Under the pieces are notes generated by a model. It searched no databases. It had not been told where the DNA came from and saw only the letters and a program-made list of their open reading frames with translations. A program made the position numbers and the translations under genes. DNA of 64,000 nucleotides from a virus (Duplodnaviria; Heunggongvirae; Uroviricota; Caudoviricetes): the IMG/VR virus record IMGVR_UViG_2903405734_000002, positions 128,001-192,000 of that record; one strand, written 5' to 3'. The first letter of the stretch is position 1. Each line of letters begins with the position of its first letter. Positions 20,112 to 28,275 of the stretch are shown one piece after another.

Positions 20112-20614
20112 AGCTCAAGCTTTTTTACACTTTGCTTTCTTTGTAGCCAAAAGATGTGAGAGGGATCCCTGGTTGCACAAACAGAGATAACCCTGGCAAC
20201 ATCATAGTCATCACAAGACCACTCTCTAAGCCTCCTGGCGATAGTTTTGACTGAGTTGAAGTATGATTCAGTCCTATATGCAGGATCGCTGACAGGCAAG
20301 AATCCAATGTCCTCATTGCTACCAATCAATGCTGTGTCTATTGCGACAGTTAGTAGTCTGCAAAGGTTCTGCTTGTCAGCAACAACAAAGCTGATGTTTA
20401 CATACTCAAAAAAATCAGGCACAAGCACACAGTCATCAATATAAACCGCGCTCTTGTCAGCTGAACATTTTTTTCTTAGCTCAACATTTAGTGGCTTTTT
20501 TAGCTTCAACATTAAATCTGCAAGTGCCATAAAATAGTCGTATGTTCTATATGTAGATGTGATTTGACCACTCTTGTTTTTTTCCTGTACTACGTAGCAA
20601 ACAACAGAACCCAT
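20108..20614 (-). CDS. Hypothetical protein
   Basis: 168-aa ORF with GAGG RBS; ends …RKQSVKKLEL. Confidence 0.6.
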   Translation of the reverse strand: MGSVVCYVVQEKNKSGQITSTYRTYDYFMALADLMLKLKKPLNVELRKKCSADKSAVYIDDCVLVPDFFEYVNISFVVADKQNLCRLLTVAIDTALIGSNEDIGFLPVSDPAYRTESYFNSVKTIARRLREWSCDDYDVARVISVCATRDPSHIFWLQRKQSVKKLEL

Positions 20615-20750
20615 AAAGCCACCTCATGCCTTTGAAGTCATAAATATCATCTGGTTTTACTATTATTTATAAAATCAGATTGATCTGGTAAATATTTTAT
20701 AGGAAAATATATATATACAGTAGCCTATAACAATAAAAAAAGGAATTCAT

Positions 20751-21197
20751 ATGTCCGCCCCATCAATCATTCAGATCCTTAAAAGCAACGACTGGGAAAT
20801 CAGGAATGGTCAACTTATGCATTGTGTTGGTGCATTTCTTTCCCTTTATGGAAAAAAAGACTTTGAGTACAGCAAGAACGCTGAGAATGAAAGCCTCATC
20901 TCCTGGACTTCTGACAATGGCAAGGTAACCATCAATAGGTATCAGGCCGATAATGTAGCAAAACTAAGGTCTCTTGATGGAGATGCTAGATCAACAACTG
21001 AAATCGTTGTAAATGATGAGGTTGTGTTTTCTGGTGGAGATTACCTGAATCCACTGGTTGCCACAGGAAATAAGGACTACATGAAAGAGACCGTTGCTGT
21101 TGCAAAGGACTCTCCATGGTTGGTTGAGATGTACACTCACCACAAGAATGTGGAGCGTCAAAAATCCAATGAGAATGAATCCTCACTTGGAATGTAA
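20751..21197 (+). CDS. Hypothetical protein
   Basis: AAGGA RBS, own terminator; ends …ERQKSNENESSLGM. Confidence 0.7.
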   Translation: MSAPSIIQILKSNDWEIRNGQLMHCVGAFLSLYGKKDFEYSKNAENESLISWTSDNGKVTINRYQADNVAKLRSLDGDARSTTEIVVNDEVVFSGGDYLNPLVATGNKDYMKETVAVAKDSPWLVEMYTHHKNVERQKSNENESSLGM

Positions 21198-21212
21198 AGA
21201 AAGAGTAATTGT

Positions 21213-21242
21213 GGCCCGCCAATTAAGGCGGGCTGTTTTTTT
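21213..21242 (+). terminator. Intrinsic terminator
   Basis: GGCCCGCC-AATTAA-GGCGGGCT followed by T-tract. Confidence 0.75.
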
Positions 21243-21303
21243 GTTGTGTGTTTGACTTTGGTTTCGCCACTTTGTACTATCACAATAAAAAAAAGGAGCC
21301 CTT

Positions 21304-22185
21304 GTGAATAATATCAGCTATATCATAGAGCAGCACAGCTTTATATTTTATTTATTTGTATTGTCAAACTCTCTTTTTGTTGGGAGTTTTCTTAACGTGG
21401 TCATTTTTAGACTTCCAAAAATAATTGATTATGAATTCAAAAGAAGCTCGTCATCTTATTTGGGGTTAGAATTTCAAGGGGAGTCCAGCAGGTATCGAAC
21501 ATTTAATGGTAGGTCATATTGTGCATCATGCGGCCAAATGATTCCCTTTTGGAATAATATACCTGTTCTATCTTGGATCATTTTGCGAGGGCGTTCTAGC
21601 TGTTGCAATCAGCCATTTTCAGTAAGATACCCAGTAATTGAGTTCATTACTGGCGCAGTATCTCTTGCTGTTTTTATGTCCTTTGAGCCTCATGTCGCCA
21701 TGTTTTACTGCGTTGCGTTTTGGATTCTTTTGTGTATCTTCATGATTGATCTGGATAGCTTCCTTATTCCAGATGCCCTGTCATACCCGCTTCTCTGGAT
21801 GGGTCTTATTTATAGCGCTACAGGATTTGGCGTTGTGTCCATTAACCAAGCGCTATTTAGCGTAGTGGGGACATATGGGGCAATCTGGGTGCTTTCTCTT
21901 CTCCTGGAGAAGATTTATGGAGAGGGGGCATTTATTGGTGGCGGAGATACTAAGCTAATTGTCGCTTCTACAGCATGGATGGGAGTTCTTTCTCTTCCTT
22001 TTGTTATAGCAATAGGCTCTATTTTTACTTGTGTTATGTTCTTTGCCAAGAAGAAATCCCATGTGCCATCTTACGTGGGAGTAGATAGCTCAAAAGTCAT
22101 TCAGTTCGGGCCAGGTCTTTCATTTGGCTTTTTGATTGCTCTGTTTTTTAATGAAAAACTAATGTCAATTCTCAATTTTGGTTGA
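21304..22185 (+). CDS. pilD: Type IV prepilin peptidase (A24)
   Basis: GSFLNVVIFRLP, RSYCASC, NIPVLSW…CC…RYP, IDLD…IPD, GGGDTKL, FGPGL. Confidence 0.92.
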   Translation: MNNISYIIEQHSFIFYLFVLSNSLFVGSFLNVVIFRLPKIIDYEFKRSSSSYLGLEFQGESSRYRTFNGRSYCASCGQMIPFWNNIPVLSWIILRGRSSCCNQPFSVRYPVIEFITGAVSLAVFMSFEPHVAMFYCVAFWILLCIFMIDLDSFLIPDALSYPLLWMGLIYSATGFGVVSINQALFSVVGTYGAIWVLSLLLEKIYGEGAFIGGGDTKLIVASTAWMGVLSLPFVIAIGSIFTCVMFFAKKKSHVPSYVGVDSSKVIQFGPGLSFGFLIALFFNEKLMSILNFG

Positions 22186-22315
22186 CATATTTTAAATAAT
22201 ATCTATACTTTATCTCAAGGGGGCAAGGCCCCCTTTGCTGTATCTGGAGATACGACTCATGCGAACAAATTTTGTTCAGGACTTAAAAGGACTAGGTATG
22301 AATTAAGGATTTAAC

Positions 22316-22702
22316 ATGAAAGGACAAATTACTAAAACTGCATTTTCATTGGCTATGTCTGCGCTGGGGTTATTTTCTCTTTCTGGAGTAATCCATGAAA
22401 ATTTCTTGACCGGACTACTGATGACTCATCTTGCTGCATTGTTTTTTGCTGTATCAGCGATGGTTTTACCCAAGAGCGCTGGTGCTGATGATTGCTTGTC
22501 TCCGCGCATGATGGCGAGCATCAAGGCTGCTGCATTTATGAATTCTGCTGTGACGGTAATCTGTCTTGTTGTCCTTACACCTAGCTTGCTTGGGGCAGAG
22601 GCCAGGAGCTCTGGCGCAGAAGGATCTCTCTTCTCAATTTCAGTTGTTTTGCTGGATGTGTTTTTTTCATACAAATTCATTCGTTTTTTTAAAGCAAAAT
22701 AA
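22316..22702 (+). CDS. Small 4-TM membrane protein
   Basis: AAGGA RBS; four hydrophobic segments. Confidence 0.6.
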   Translation: MKGQITKTAFSLAMSALGLFSLSGVIHENFLTGLLMTHLAALFFAVSAMVLPKSAGADDCLSPRMMASIKAAAFMNSAVTVICLVVLTPSLLGAEARSSGAEGSLFSISVVLLDVFFSYKFIRFFKAK

Positions 22703-22782
22703 CTACCAGTACCTACACTTAGATTTACAGTAAATAAATTACATGTTATAGTTTTCAGATGTTTTAATATAGGGAAACACTT

Positions 22783-23178
22783 ATGAGTTCAAAGTTCGGT
22801 CGTTTTGTTGTTGTTGGTGCGATTGCCATGTCTTCGTTGTGTGCATCGATGAGCTCATTCGCATCAAATGATGCACCTATCAAGATTGAGAAGGCTGATG
22901 TATCCGGCTCTGCTGGAAAAAACATCTCTGATGTTAGTGTTCCTGGTAGCGCAAAAATGTTTGACTTCAAGCAGGGTAAGTACGTTTACGTTTTGGAGCC
23001 GCTGTCGCTTTCTCAGGCTGATGGGGAGTCTTTTATTCCCAATCTTCCAGAGGCAAAAGAGCTTTATGAGAAGAGCATTCATAGCGGCAAAAAACCAATC
23101 ATTGCTGTTCTGGATACTTATAAGACAGTAATGGACGGACTGAAAAAAAAGTCCGCTGATTTGAATACTGCCAAGTAA
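22783..23178 (+). CDS. Exported hypothetical protein
   Basis: Signal peptide ending SSFA. Confidence 0.6.
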   Translation: MSSKFGRFVVVGAIAMSSLCASMSSFASNDAPIKIEKADVSGSAGKNISDVSVPGSAKMFDFKQGKYVYVLEPLSLSQADGESFIPNLPEAKELYEKSIHSGKKPIIAVLDTYKTVMDGLKKKSADLNTAK

Positions 23179-23242
23179 AGCAAGAAGTTGCATTTTGGTT
23201 AATTTCTTAATTTCACTCACATCATTACAGAGATTCTAAATA

Positions 23243-23839
23243 ATGAATGTAGATAATCTTTTGGTTCCAATGGTTGTTGAGCAAACCCCCAAGGGTGAAC
23301 GCTCCTTTGATATTTACTCTCGCCTTCTTAAGGAGCGCGTTATCTTTTTGACAGGAAAAGTTGATGACGACATGGCAAACCTGATTGTTGCTCAGTTGCT
23401 CTTCCTTGAGTCAGAGAACCCTGATAAAGATATTTCTGTATATATCAACTCCCCAGGTGGTTCAGTCAGCGCTGGCCTTGCAATTTATGACACTATGAAC
23501 TTCATCAAGCCGAGAGTTAGCACCATTTGCATGGGTCTGGCTGCGAGCATGGGGGCGTTTCTTCTTTCTGGTGGTGAAAAGGGCATGCGATTCGCTCTTC
23601 CGAATGCAAAAATCATGATTCATCAGCCTCTTGGTGGATTCCAGGGGCAGGCGTCTGATATTCAGATTCATGCCAGGGAGATCTTGAAAACAAAAGAGCG
23701 CCTGAATCGATTTATGTCTATTCATACAGGTCAAGACATCAGTAAGATTGAGGCAGATACTGATCGTGATAATTACATGACTTCCGAAGAGGCGCTTAGT
23801 TACGGGCTGATTGACTCAATCATCACAAAGCGCCCATAA
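23243..23839 (+). CDS. clpP: ATP-dependent Clp protease proteolytic subunit
   Basis: [46 protein letters not shown]. Confidence 0.97.
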   Translation: MNVDNLLVPMVVEQTPKGERSFDIYSRLLKERVIFLTGKVDDDMANLIVAQLLFLESENPDKDISVYINSPGGSVSAGLAIYDTMNFIKPRVSTICMGLAASMGAFLLSGGEKGMRFALPNAKIMIHQPLGGFQGQASDIQIHAREILKTKERLNRFMSIHTGQDISKIEADTDRDNYMTSEEALSYGLIDSIITKRP

Positions 23840-23853
23840 AAATCAACAAAGCG

Positions 23854-23880
23854 AAAGGAGATCTAAGATCTCCTTTTTTT
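23854..23880. terminator. Intrinsic terminator
   Basis: AAAGGAGATCT-A-AGATCTCCTTTTTTT inverted repeat between convergent genes. Confidence 0.7.
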
Positions 23881-23882
23881 AT

Positions 23883-24368
23883 TCATCCTGCGGATAATCT
23901 ATCCAGTTTTCCACTTAGCGCTTCTTTGATTGATGGTACACACCTTCTGCTAATTGAAATTGGGCTCTCCTCTCCTCTTACTTTAACTGAATATGAGCCA
24001 TCTGCTTCGCACATGAATTGATGTATGTTTTCTACTGGCACAATCAGAGATCTGCTTGCTCTTATCAGGGCGCATGGGTGCTGATTTTCTATTTCTTTTA
24101 TCGTGCTACTGCTTGTGTAAGTGCGGCCATCATTTGTATGAATTAATACACACCTGTCAATTATACATATCTTAGTAATTTCTGATAAATAAACTCTTCC
24201 CTTTGTTCTTCCTATGCTACCAACAATGAAAGGCTCATCTTCTGTGTTTTTTAAGCTTATTTCCAGGTTGTTCAGCGCATTTATTGCTTTTTGGTGATCT
24301 CCTGATGAGATCGCTGCCCTTACCTCTGAAAATGCAGATTTAATCCAGTCCTCTCTGCTCCCGCTCAT
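23883..24368 (-). CDS. Stand-alone LytTR-type DNA-binding protein
   Basis: VYLSEI…IHTNDGRTY…TIKEIE…IRASRSLIV…I…ISISRR LytTR pattern; no receiver domain. Confidence 0.75.
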   Translation of the reverse strand: MSGSREDWIKSAFSEVRAAISSGDHQKAINALNNLEISLKNTEDEPFIVGSIGRTKGRVYLSEITKICIIDRCVLIHTNDGRTYTSSSTIKEIENQHPCALIRASRSLIVPVENIHQFMCEADGSYSVKVRGEESPISISRRCVPSIKEALSGKLDRLSAG

Positions 24369-24450
24369 TACAACCCCTCAGTTATTTTTTCTAAAAATAT
24401 CACAATTAAATCAATCTGGCAATTTTACATAAAGAAACTCATGTTTTTGT

Positions 24451-24480
24451 TTGACTTTTAGTTTGTTTTAGGTGTAATAT
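24451..24480 (+). promoter_or_regulatory. Sigma70-type promoter of tRNA cluster 1
   Basis: TTGACT-N18-TAATAT just upstream of the array. Confidence 0.5.
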
Positions 24481-24518
24481 CTCTTTTATAGGGCCTGCAA
24501 GCGTTGTTTGCGCCCAAT

Positions 24519-24607
24519 GCAAAGAGTTGGCTGAGTGGCTTAAGGCGGCCTCGATTGGGGCAAGCTAATGTTTTAGCTTCCATGGGTTCGAATCCCTGCC
24601 TCTTTGC
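24519..24607 (+). ncRNA. tRNA-Ser-like element / pseudo-tRNA without an anticodon loop or CCA
   Basis: D arm identical to tRNA-Ser(TGA) (TTGGCTGAGTGGCTTAAGGC), stem GCCTC/GGGGC closing a 4-nt GATT loop, long variable hairpin AAGCTAA/TTAGCTT, TTCGAAT T loop, terminal stem GCAAAGAG/CTCTTTGC. Confidence 0.7.
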
Positions 24608-24615
24608 AAAATACC

Positions 24616-24703
24616 GGAGAAGTGACCGAGAGGCCGATGGTGCTCCCCTGCTAAGGGAGTATGCGGAAACGCATCAGGGGTTCGAATCCCCTCTTCTCCG
24701 CCA
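24616..24703 (+). tRNA. tRNA-Ser(GCT)
   Basis: GGAGAAG/CTTCTCC acceptor, CTCCC-CTGCTAA-GGGAG, long variable arm, G-CCA end. Confidence 0.95.
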
Positions 24704-24707
24704 AATT

Positions 24708-24792
24708 GCGAACGTGGTGAAAATGGTAGACACGCCTCCCTCAGGAGGAGGTTTCGTAAGAAGTGAGAGTTCGAGTCTCTCCGTTCGCACCA
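24708..24792 (+). tRNA. tRNA-Leu(CAG)
   Basis: GCGAACG/CGTTCGC acceptor, CCTCC-CTCAGGA-GGAGG, variable arm, A-CCA end. Confidence 0.95.
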
Positions 24793-24801
24793 AAGATTAC
24801 T

Positions 24802-24889
24802 GGAGGGTTGGCTGAGTGGCTTAAGGCAGCGGTCTTGAAAACCGTCGAGGGGAGACCCTCCCAGGGTTCGAATCCCTGACCCTCCGCCA
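24802..24889 (+). tRNA. tRNA-Ser(TGA)
   Basis: GGAGGGT/ACCCTCC acceptor, GCGGT-CTTGAAA-ACCGT, long variable arm, G-CCA end. Confidence 0.95.
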
Positions 24890-24976
24890 GTTTTGTGGCC
24901 TAGCAACATGCTAGGCTTTTCTTTTTACTTAAATAAAGCCAGGGCACAGTACCCTGGCTTTTTTATGGGGCTTGTT

Positions 24977-25444
24977 ATGCTTTCTATTATTGTTGCTGTT
25001 TCTTCTAATATGGCTATCGGCAAAGATTTGTCTATCCCTTGGTATGTCCCTGATGATTTTAAGTGGTTTAAAGAGGCCACCATCGGCAAGTGCATAATCA
25101 TGGGAAAAAACACCTGGGATTCCCTTCCTTTTAAGCCACTTCCTGGTCGAAGGAATATTGTTGTTAGCACTGACCCAGCAAGAAATTTTCCTGGTGCTGA
25201 AAGAGCATTTACTATTGAAGATGCAATAGATATGGCTGATGGTGATGCCTTTTTTATAGGAGGCTCAATGATTTATCAGCAAGCGTTAAAGATTGCTGAT
25301 GTTATGTATATGTCAGAAATTCCTGTTCACGTAGAGCCTCCTTTTGTTTCGTTTCCTGAGTTTTCAGATACTGATTGGAACGAATCAGAGAGAATCAAAA
25401 GAGATGGATTTAGTATTGTGAAGTTTACAAGACGAAGTATTTGA
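24977..25444 (+). CDS. Dihydrofolate reductase (FolA/DfrA-type); start at MLSIIVAV
   Basis: IIVAVS.N.AIG…IPW..PDDF..FK..T, IIMGKNTWDSL…PLPGRRNIV, IGGSMIY. Confidence 0.92.
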   Translation: MLSIIVAVSSNMAIGKDLSIPWYVPDDFKWFKEATIGKCIIMGKNTWDSLPFKPLPGRRNIVVSTDPARNFPGAERAFTIEDAIDMADGDAFFIGGSMIYQQALKIADVMYMSEIPVHVEPPFVSFPEFSDTDWNESERIKRDGFSIVKFTRRSI

Positions 25445-25534
25445 GTTATATCCTTGCTTGAGCATGTAAATCAAAGAGAAAAATTTTTCCTGTGTGATAC
25501 ACTCTAAATAATAATAACTATAAAAAGAGAATTT

Positions 25535-27421
25535 ATGAAAGATAAGGGCTTTACTCTTCTTGAACTCCTTCTTGTGATAGGCATCACAACAACAATGTCA
25601 ATTGTCTCTTTTCAAGAAAAGATCCTTGAAACAGAGCAGTCTCAGGCTCGCCGACTTGGCATGGAGCTTTTCCAATATAATTCAGCGGTTCAAAACTACA
25701 TTGCACACATGTCAGGTAATTCAGACTCTTCATTTGTCACCCAAAATAAAACAGGGATAAACTGGCTAAAGTCGAAAAGGTGCGCTTTTGACGATCAGGG
25801 GCCAAATGAAAAGGATTGGTTGTCTTGCAATTTCTTGAGAGGAAGAGGTGAGAAAACCACATTCGGAGGGCTGTCATTTTCTACAGAAATATCCTATGAA
25901 CGTGATAGCCAAGCTCTCATAGCAAGAACAGTAATGAGCAAGCTGGAGACAGGGATTAATGGAGAAAAGCAAGAGAGAGCAGACCTAGCTGGCCTAGCTG
26001 CCCTGATTGCATCAGGGGCATACTCTATAAGCGAACAAACCAAGGCTGCTGCCGCACAAGATGTGTCAGTTGCTTTCTGTCCTGATACCCAGGAGGCAGT
26101 AGACGCATCATCAGTATGCAAGGGAGACAAAGGGGTGATAGTAATGCTCAGTCGCAATCTGAGCGCCGCTGACAGGTGGCTTAGGGTTGATCATGGTAAT
26201 GTCATGAGTGACACTATAGAGTTTCGCACAGGCGATCCTACGCCATCAAAAAAGAGCGACATGGAACAGATTGACTCCATTAGCAGACAGATTCGAAATG
26301 TCGCCAGGATCTACAACCTTGGCGATAAAAATGATAATAGTGGTCGCGAAAATCTTTTTTTGGGAAGGAGGTTTGGAGAGTCAGCAAAGAGCATGGTTAC
26401 TCTTCCTGACGATGCAGTTGTTATTGATGCAGACCAGGAGGTTCTCGGCCAGTTAAAAGTTGCCTTATCAATAGAGTCAAAAGGAAACATAACATCTGAA
26501 AAAGACATTTTAGCCAAGGGCACACTTACCTCACAAGGAGACACAAGAGTCGGACAAAACCTCTATGTTTCTGGTAATGCAAACATCAACAATAAACTCA
26601 ATGTTAATGGGGACACCTATATTGACAAGAATTTACTTGTTAGCGGAAGCATCACCGCCCAGGATAACATAAAGACAAACAAGGACTTGATTGCAAATCA
26701 AAACTTGACTGTATCAGGTGTTGGCAGAATCAACAGCTCTCTTATTACTCCAATATTAATTGACTCCAATGACTCAAATTATTATGTGGATCCAAACGGT
26801 CAATCAAGGATATCAAGACTGCGGGTAGAGGCTGACACTTATACAGTAGGAACAACCACATCAAACGGAAGATTGATCGCAAACGAATACATGCTGGTCA
26901 AAAAAAGCGCCATCCCAGGCAGCTCCTGCGATGAAGCAGGAATGATCGGACAAAGCAGTCAAGACCAATCCCTTGTTGTCTGCCAGAACAAAATCTGGGT
27001 ATCGCAGAGCCAGTCTGGGCAGTATGCTTTCTTTAACAGCCAGCATTGCCCTGCTGGATGGACGCCAGCAGATGGCACCAGGGGTACTGTAGATACACGA
27101 GGCTTGTTTATTAGAAGTCTTGATAACGGCAGAGGAATGGATCCTGGTAGAGCTCTTGGTTCATATCAAAAAGGAACGCTTGTTGGTGGTTATGATGATA
27201 ACTATGTCGATAACTTCGACTTTTCCATAATCCAAGGTAACGCTGCTAACTACGGTGGTGATGCGCCAAACATGGGTGAGTATCCTTATCAAGGTAATGC
27301 ATGGAGATGGAGAAGTGGTAATGAATCAAATCTGCAAAAATACCCTGACTCACATGCATCAGCATGGCTTAACGTTACCAGGCCAAAAAATATAGCATTA
27401 CTGGCCTGCATGAGGATCTAG
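25535..27421 (+). CDS. PilV-like type IV pilus tip adhesin with C-terminal phage tail-collar-like domain
   Basis: Class III signal KG^FTLLELLLV; beta-rich middle region; PilV-type C…G..G…L.CQ…W motif; then CPAGW…DTRGLFIRSLDNGRGMDPGRALGSYQ…TRPKNIALLACMRI. Confidence 0.75.
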   Translation: MKDKGFTLLELLLVIGITTTMSIVSFQEKILETEQSQARRLGMELFQYNSAVQNYIAHMSGNSDSSFVTQNKTGINWLKSKRCAFDDQGPNEKDWLSCNFLRGRGEKTTFGGLSFSTEISYERDSQALIARTVMSKLETGINGEKQERADLAGLAALIASGAYSISEQTKAAAAQDVSVAFCPDTQEAVDASSVCKGDKGVIVMLSRNLSAADRWLRVDHGNVMSDTIEFRTGDPTPSKKSDMEQIDSISRQIRNVARIYNLGDKNDNSGRENLFLGRRFGESAKSMVTLPDDAVVIDADQEVLGQLKVALSIESKGNITSEKDILAKGTLTSQGDTRVGQNLYVSGNANINNKLNVNGDTYIDKNLLVSGSITAQDNIKTNKDLIANQNLTVSGVGRINSSLITPILIDSNDSNYYVDPNGQSRISRLRVEADTYTVGTTTSNGRLIANEYMLVKKSAIPGSSCDEAGMIGQSSQDQSLVVCQNKIWVSQSQSGQYAFFNSQHCPAGWTPADGTRGTVDTRGLFIRSLDNGRGMDPGRALGSYQKGTLVGGYDDNYVDNFDFSIIQGNAANYGGDAPNMGEYPYQGNAWRWRSGNESNLQKYPDSHASAWLNVTRPKNIALLACMRI

Positions 27422-27435
27422 AAAAGACCCCATAG

Positions 27436-27460
27436 AAAAGCCACCATTCGGTGGCTTTTT
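27436..27460 (+). terminator. Intrinsic terminator of pilV-like gene
   Basis: AAAAGCCACC-ATTC-GGTGGCTTTTT. Confidence 0.8.
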
Positions 27461-27497
27461 AGTCAAAGAAATAAACCCACAATATTTATTTACCAAC

Positions 27498-27523
27498 AAA
27501 AAAACCACCGTGAGGTGGTTTTT
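27498..27523 (-). terminator. Intrinsic terminator of tRNA cluster 2
   Basis: AAAAAAACCACC-GTGA-GGTGGTTTTT immediately after the last CCA end. Confidence 0.8.
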
Positions 27524-27528
27524 CGATT

Positions 27529-27598
27529 TGGCAGAGCGCCATGGAATTGAACCATGCCTAGCGGTTTTGGAGACCGCCGTCTTGCCTTAAGGCACTCT
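27529..27598 (-). tRNA. tRNA-Trp(CCA) with shortened D arm (70 nt)
   Basis: AGAGTGC/GCGCTCT acceptor, GCGGT-CTCCAAA-ACCGC, CATGG-TTCAATT-CCATG, G-CCA; only 14 nt between acceptor and anticodon stems. Confidence 0.65.
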
Positions 27599-27605
27599 GT
27601 AAAAA

Positions 27606-27680
27606 TGGCGGGGAGTAAAGGGATCGAACCTTTGCATAACAGGATCAAAGCCTGTTGCCGTACCACTTGGCTAACTCCCT
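27606..27680 (-). tRNA. tRNA-Gln(TTG)
   Basis: ACAGG-CTTTGAT-CCTGT anticodon arm, TTCGATC T loop, G-CCA. Confidence 0.92.
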
Positions 27681-27682
27681 AT

Positions 27683-27758
27683 TGGTGCATCTGACTGAAT
27701 TCGAATCAGTGACCCATCCCTTATCAAGAGATTGCTCTACCTGCTGAGCTACAAATGC
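27683..27758 (-). tRNA. tRNA-Ile(GAT)
   Basis: GCATTTG/CAGATGC acceptor, ATCTC-TTGATAA-GGGAT, A-CCA; T stem closes with A-U rather than G-C. Confidence 0.9.
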
Positions 27759-27768
27759 GTCCAAAAAT

Positions 27769-27845
27769 TGGTCGGCAATAAAGGATTCGAACCTTTGACC
27801 CTCTGGCCCCAAACCAGACGCGCTACCGGACTGCGCTAATTGCCG
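27769..27845 (-). tRNA. tRNA-Pro(TGG)
   Basis: CGGCAAT/ATTGCCG acceptor, TCTGG-TTTGGGG-CCAGA, A-CCA. Confidence 0.95.
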
Positions 27846-27863
27846 AGTTAAACGTAAAACTTT

Positions 27864-27930
27864 CAGAGTGCCATGGAACTAATCCATGCCTAGCGACCTG
27901 TAAGATGGCTATCTTGCCTTAAGGCACCCT
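27864..27930 (-). pseudogene. Degenerate paralog of the short tRNA-Trp (loop reads CT-TAC-AG; no CCA)
   Basis: Acceptor AGGGTGC/GCACTCT and T stem CATGG/CCATG intact; T loop ATTAGTT and anticodon arm mutated. Confidence 0.7.
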
Positions 27931-27937
27931 GTAAAAA

Positions 27938-28012
27938 TGGCGGGGAGTAAAGGGATCGAACCTTTGCATAACAGGATCAAAGCCTGTTGCCGTACCACTT
28001 GGCTAACTCCCT
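27938..28012 (-). tRNA. tRNA-Gln(TTG), second copy
   Basis: Identical to 27606..27680. Confidence 0.92.
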
Positions 28013-28014
28013 AT

Positions 28015-28090
28015 TGGTGCATCTGACTGAATTCGAATCAGTGACCCATCCCTTATCAAGAGATTGCTCTACCTGCTGAGCTACAAATGC
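28015..28090 (-). tRNA. tRNA-Ile(GAT), second copy
   Basis: Identical to 27683..27758. Confidence 0.9.
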
Positions 28091-28100
28091 GTCCAAAAAT

Positions 28101-28177
28101 TGGTCGGCAATAAAGGATTCGAACCTTTGACCCTCTGGCCCCAAACCAGACGCGCTACCGGACTGCGCTAATCACCG
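28101..28177 (-). tRNA. tRNA-Pro(TGG), second copy
   Basis: As 27769..27845 but the 5' strand reads CGGTGAT, giving two G.U pairs. Confidence 0.92.
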
Positions 28178-28219
28178 ATTTAAACAGAGAAGAAATCTGT
28201 CTTCTCAGTTTGTTTATAT

Positions 28220-28248
28220 ATAATAAACTCCAATTTTAAGGAATGCAA
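28220..28248 (-). promoter_or_regulatory. Sigma70-type promoter of tRNA cluster 2
   Basis: Minus strand TTGCAT-N17-TATTAT about 43 bp upstream of tRNA-Pro. Confidence 0.6.
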
Positions 28249-28275
28249 TAGTTATTTTCGTTTTTTTTAATTATC

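Larger units (their letters stand above)
27532..28185. repeat. Tandem direct duplication (period 332 bp) of a four-tRNA unit
   Basis: 27532.. aligns without indels to 27864..; identical across Gln-Ile-Pro, divergent in the Trp position and the Pro 5' strand. Confidence 0.95.

Noticed and set aside
20705-20720. Second LexA box (AAATATATATATACAG)
   Set aside because: Only the CAG half-site is present; the CTG half is missing.
24504-24909. ORFs 24504..24815 (+) and 24565..24909 (-)
   Set aside because: Shadow translations of the tRNA-Ser/Leu/Ser cluster.
24893-24976. N-terminal extension of the DHFR ORF
   Set aside because: It overlaps hairpin/T-tract sequences after tRNA-Ser; the DHFR fold begins at MLSIIVAV.
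26970-27530. Shufflon (invertible PilV C-termini)
   Set aside because: No repeated sfx-like sites, spare cassettes or Rci recombinase; a terminator and tRNAs follow directly.
27532-28185. Possible CRISPR array or att-site duplication
   Set aside because: The repeat units are whole tRNA genes with identical spacers; no cas or integrase gene is nearby.
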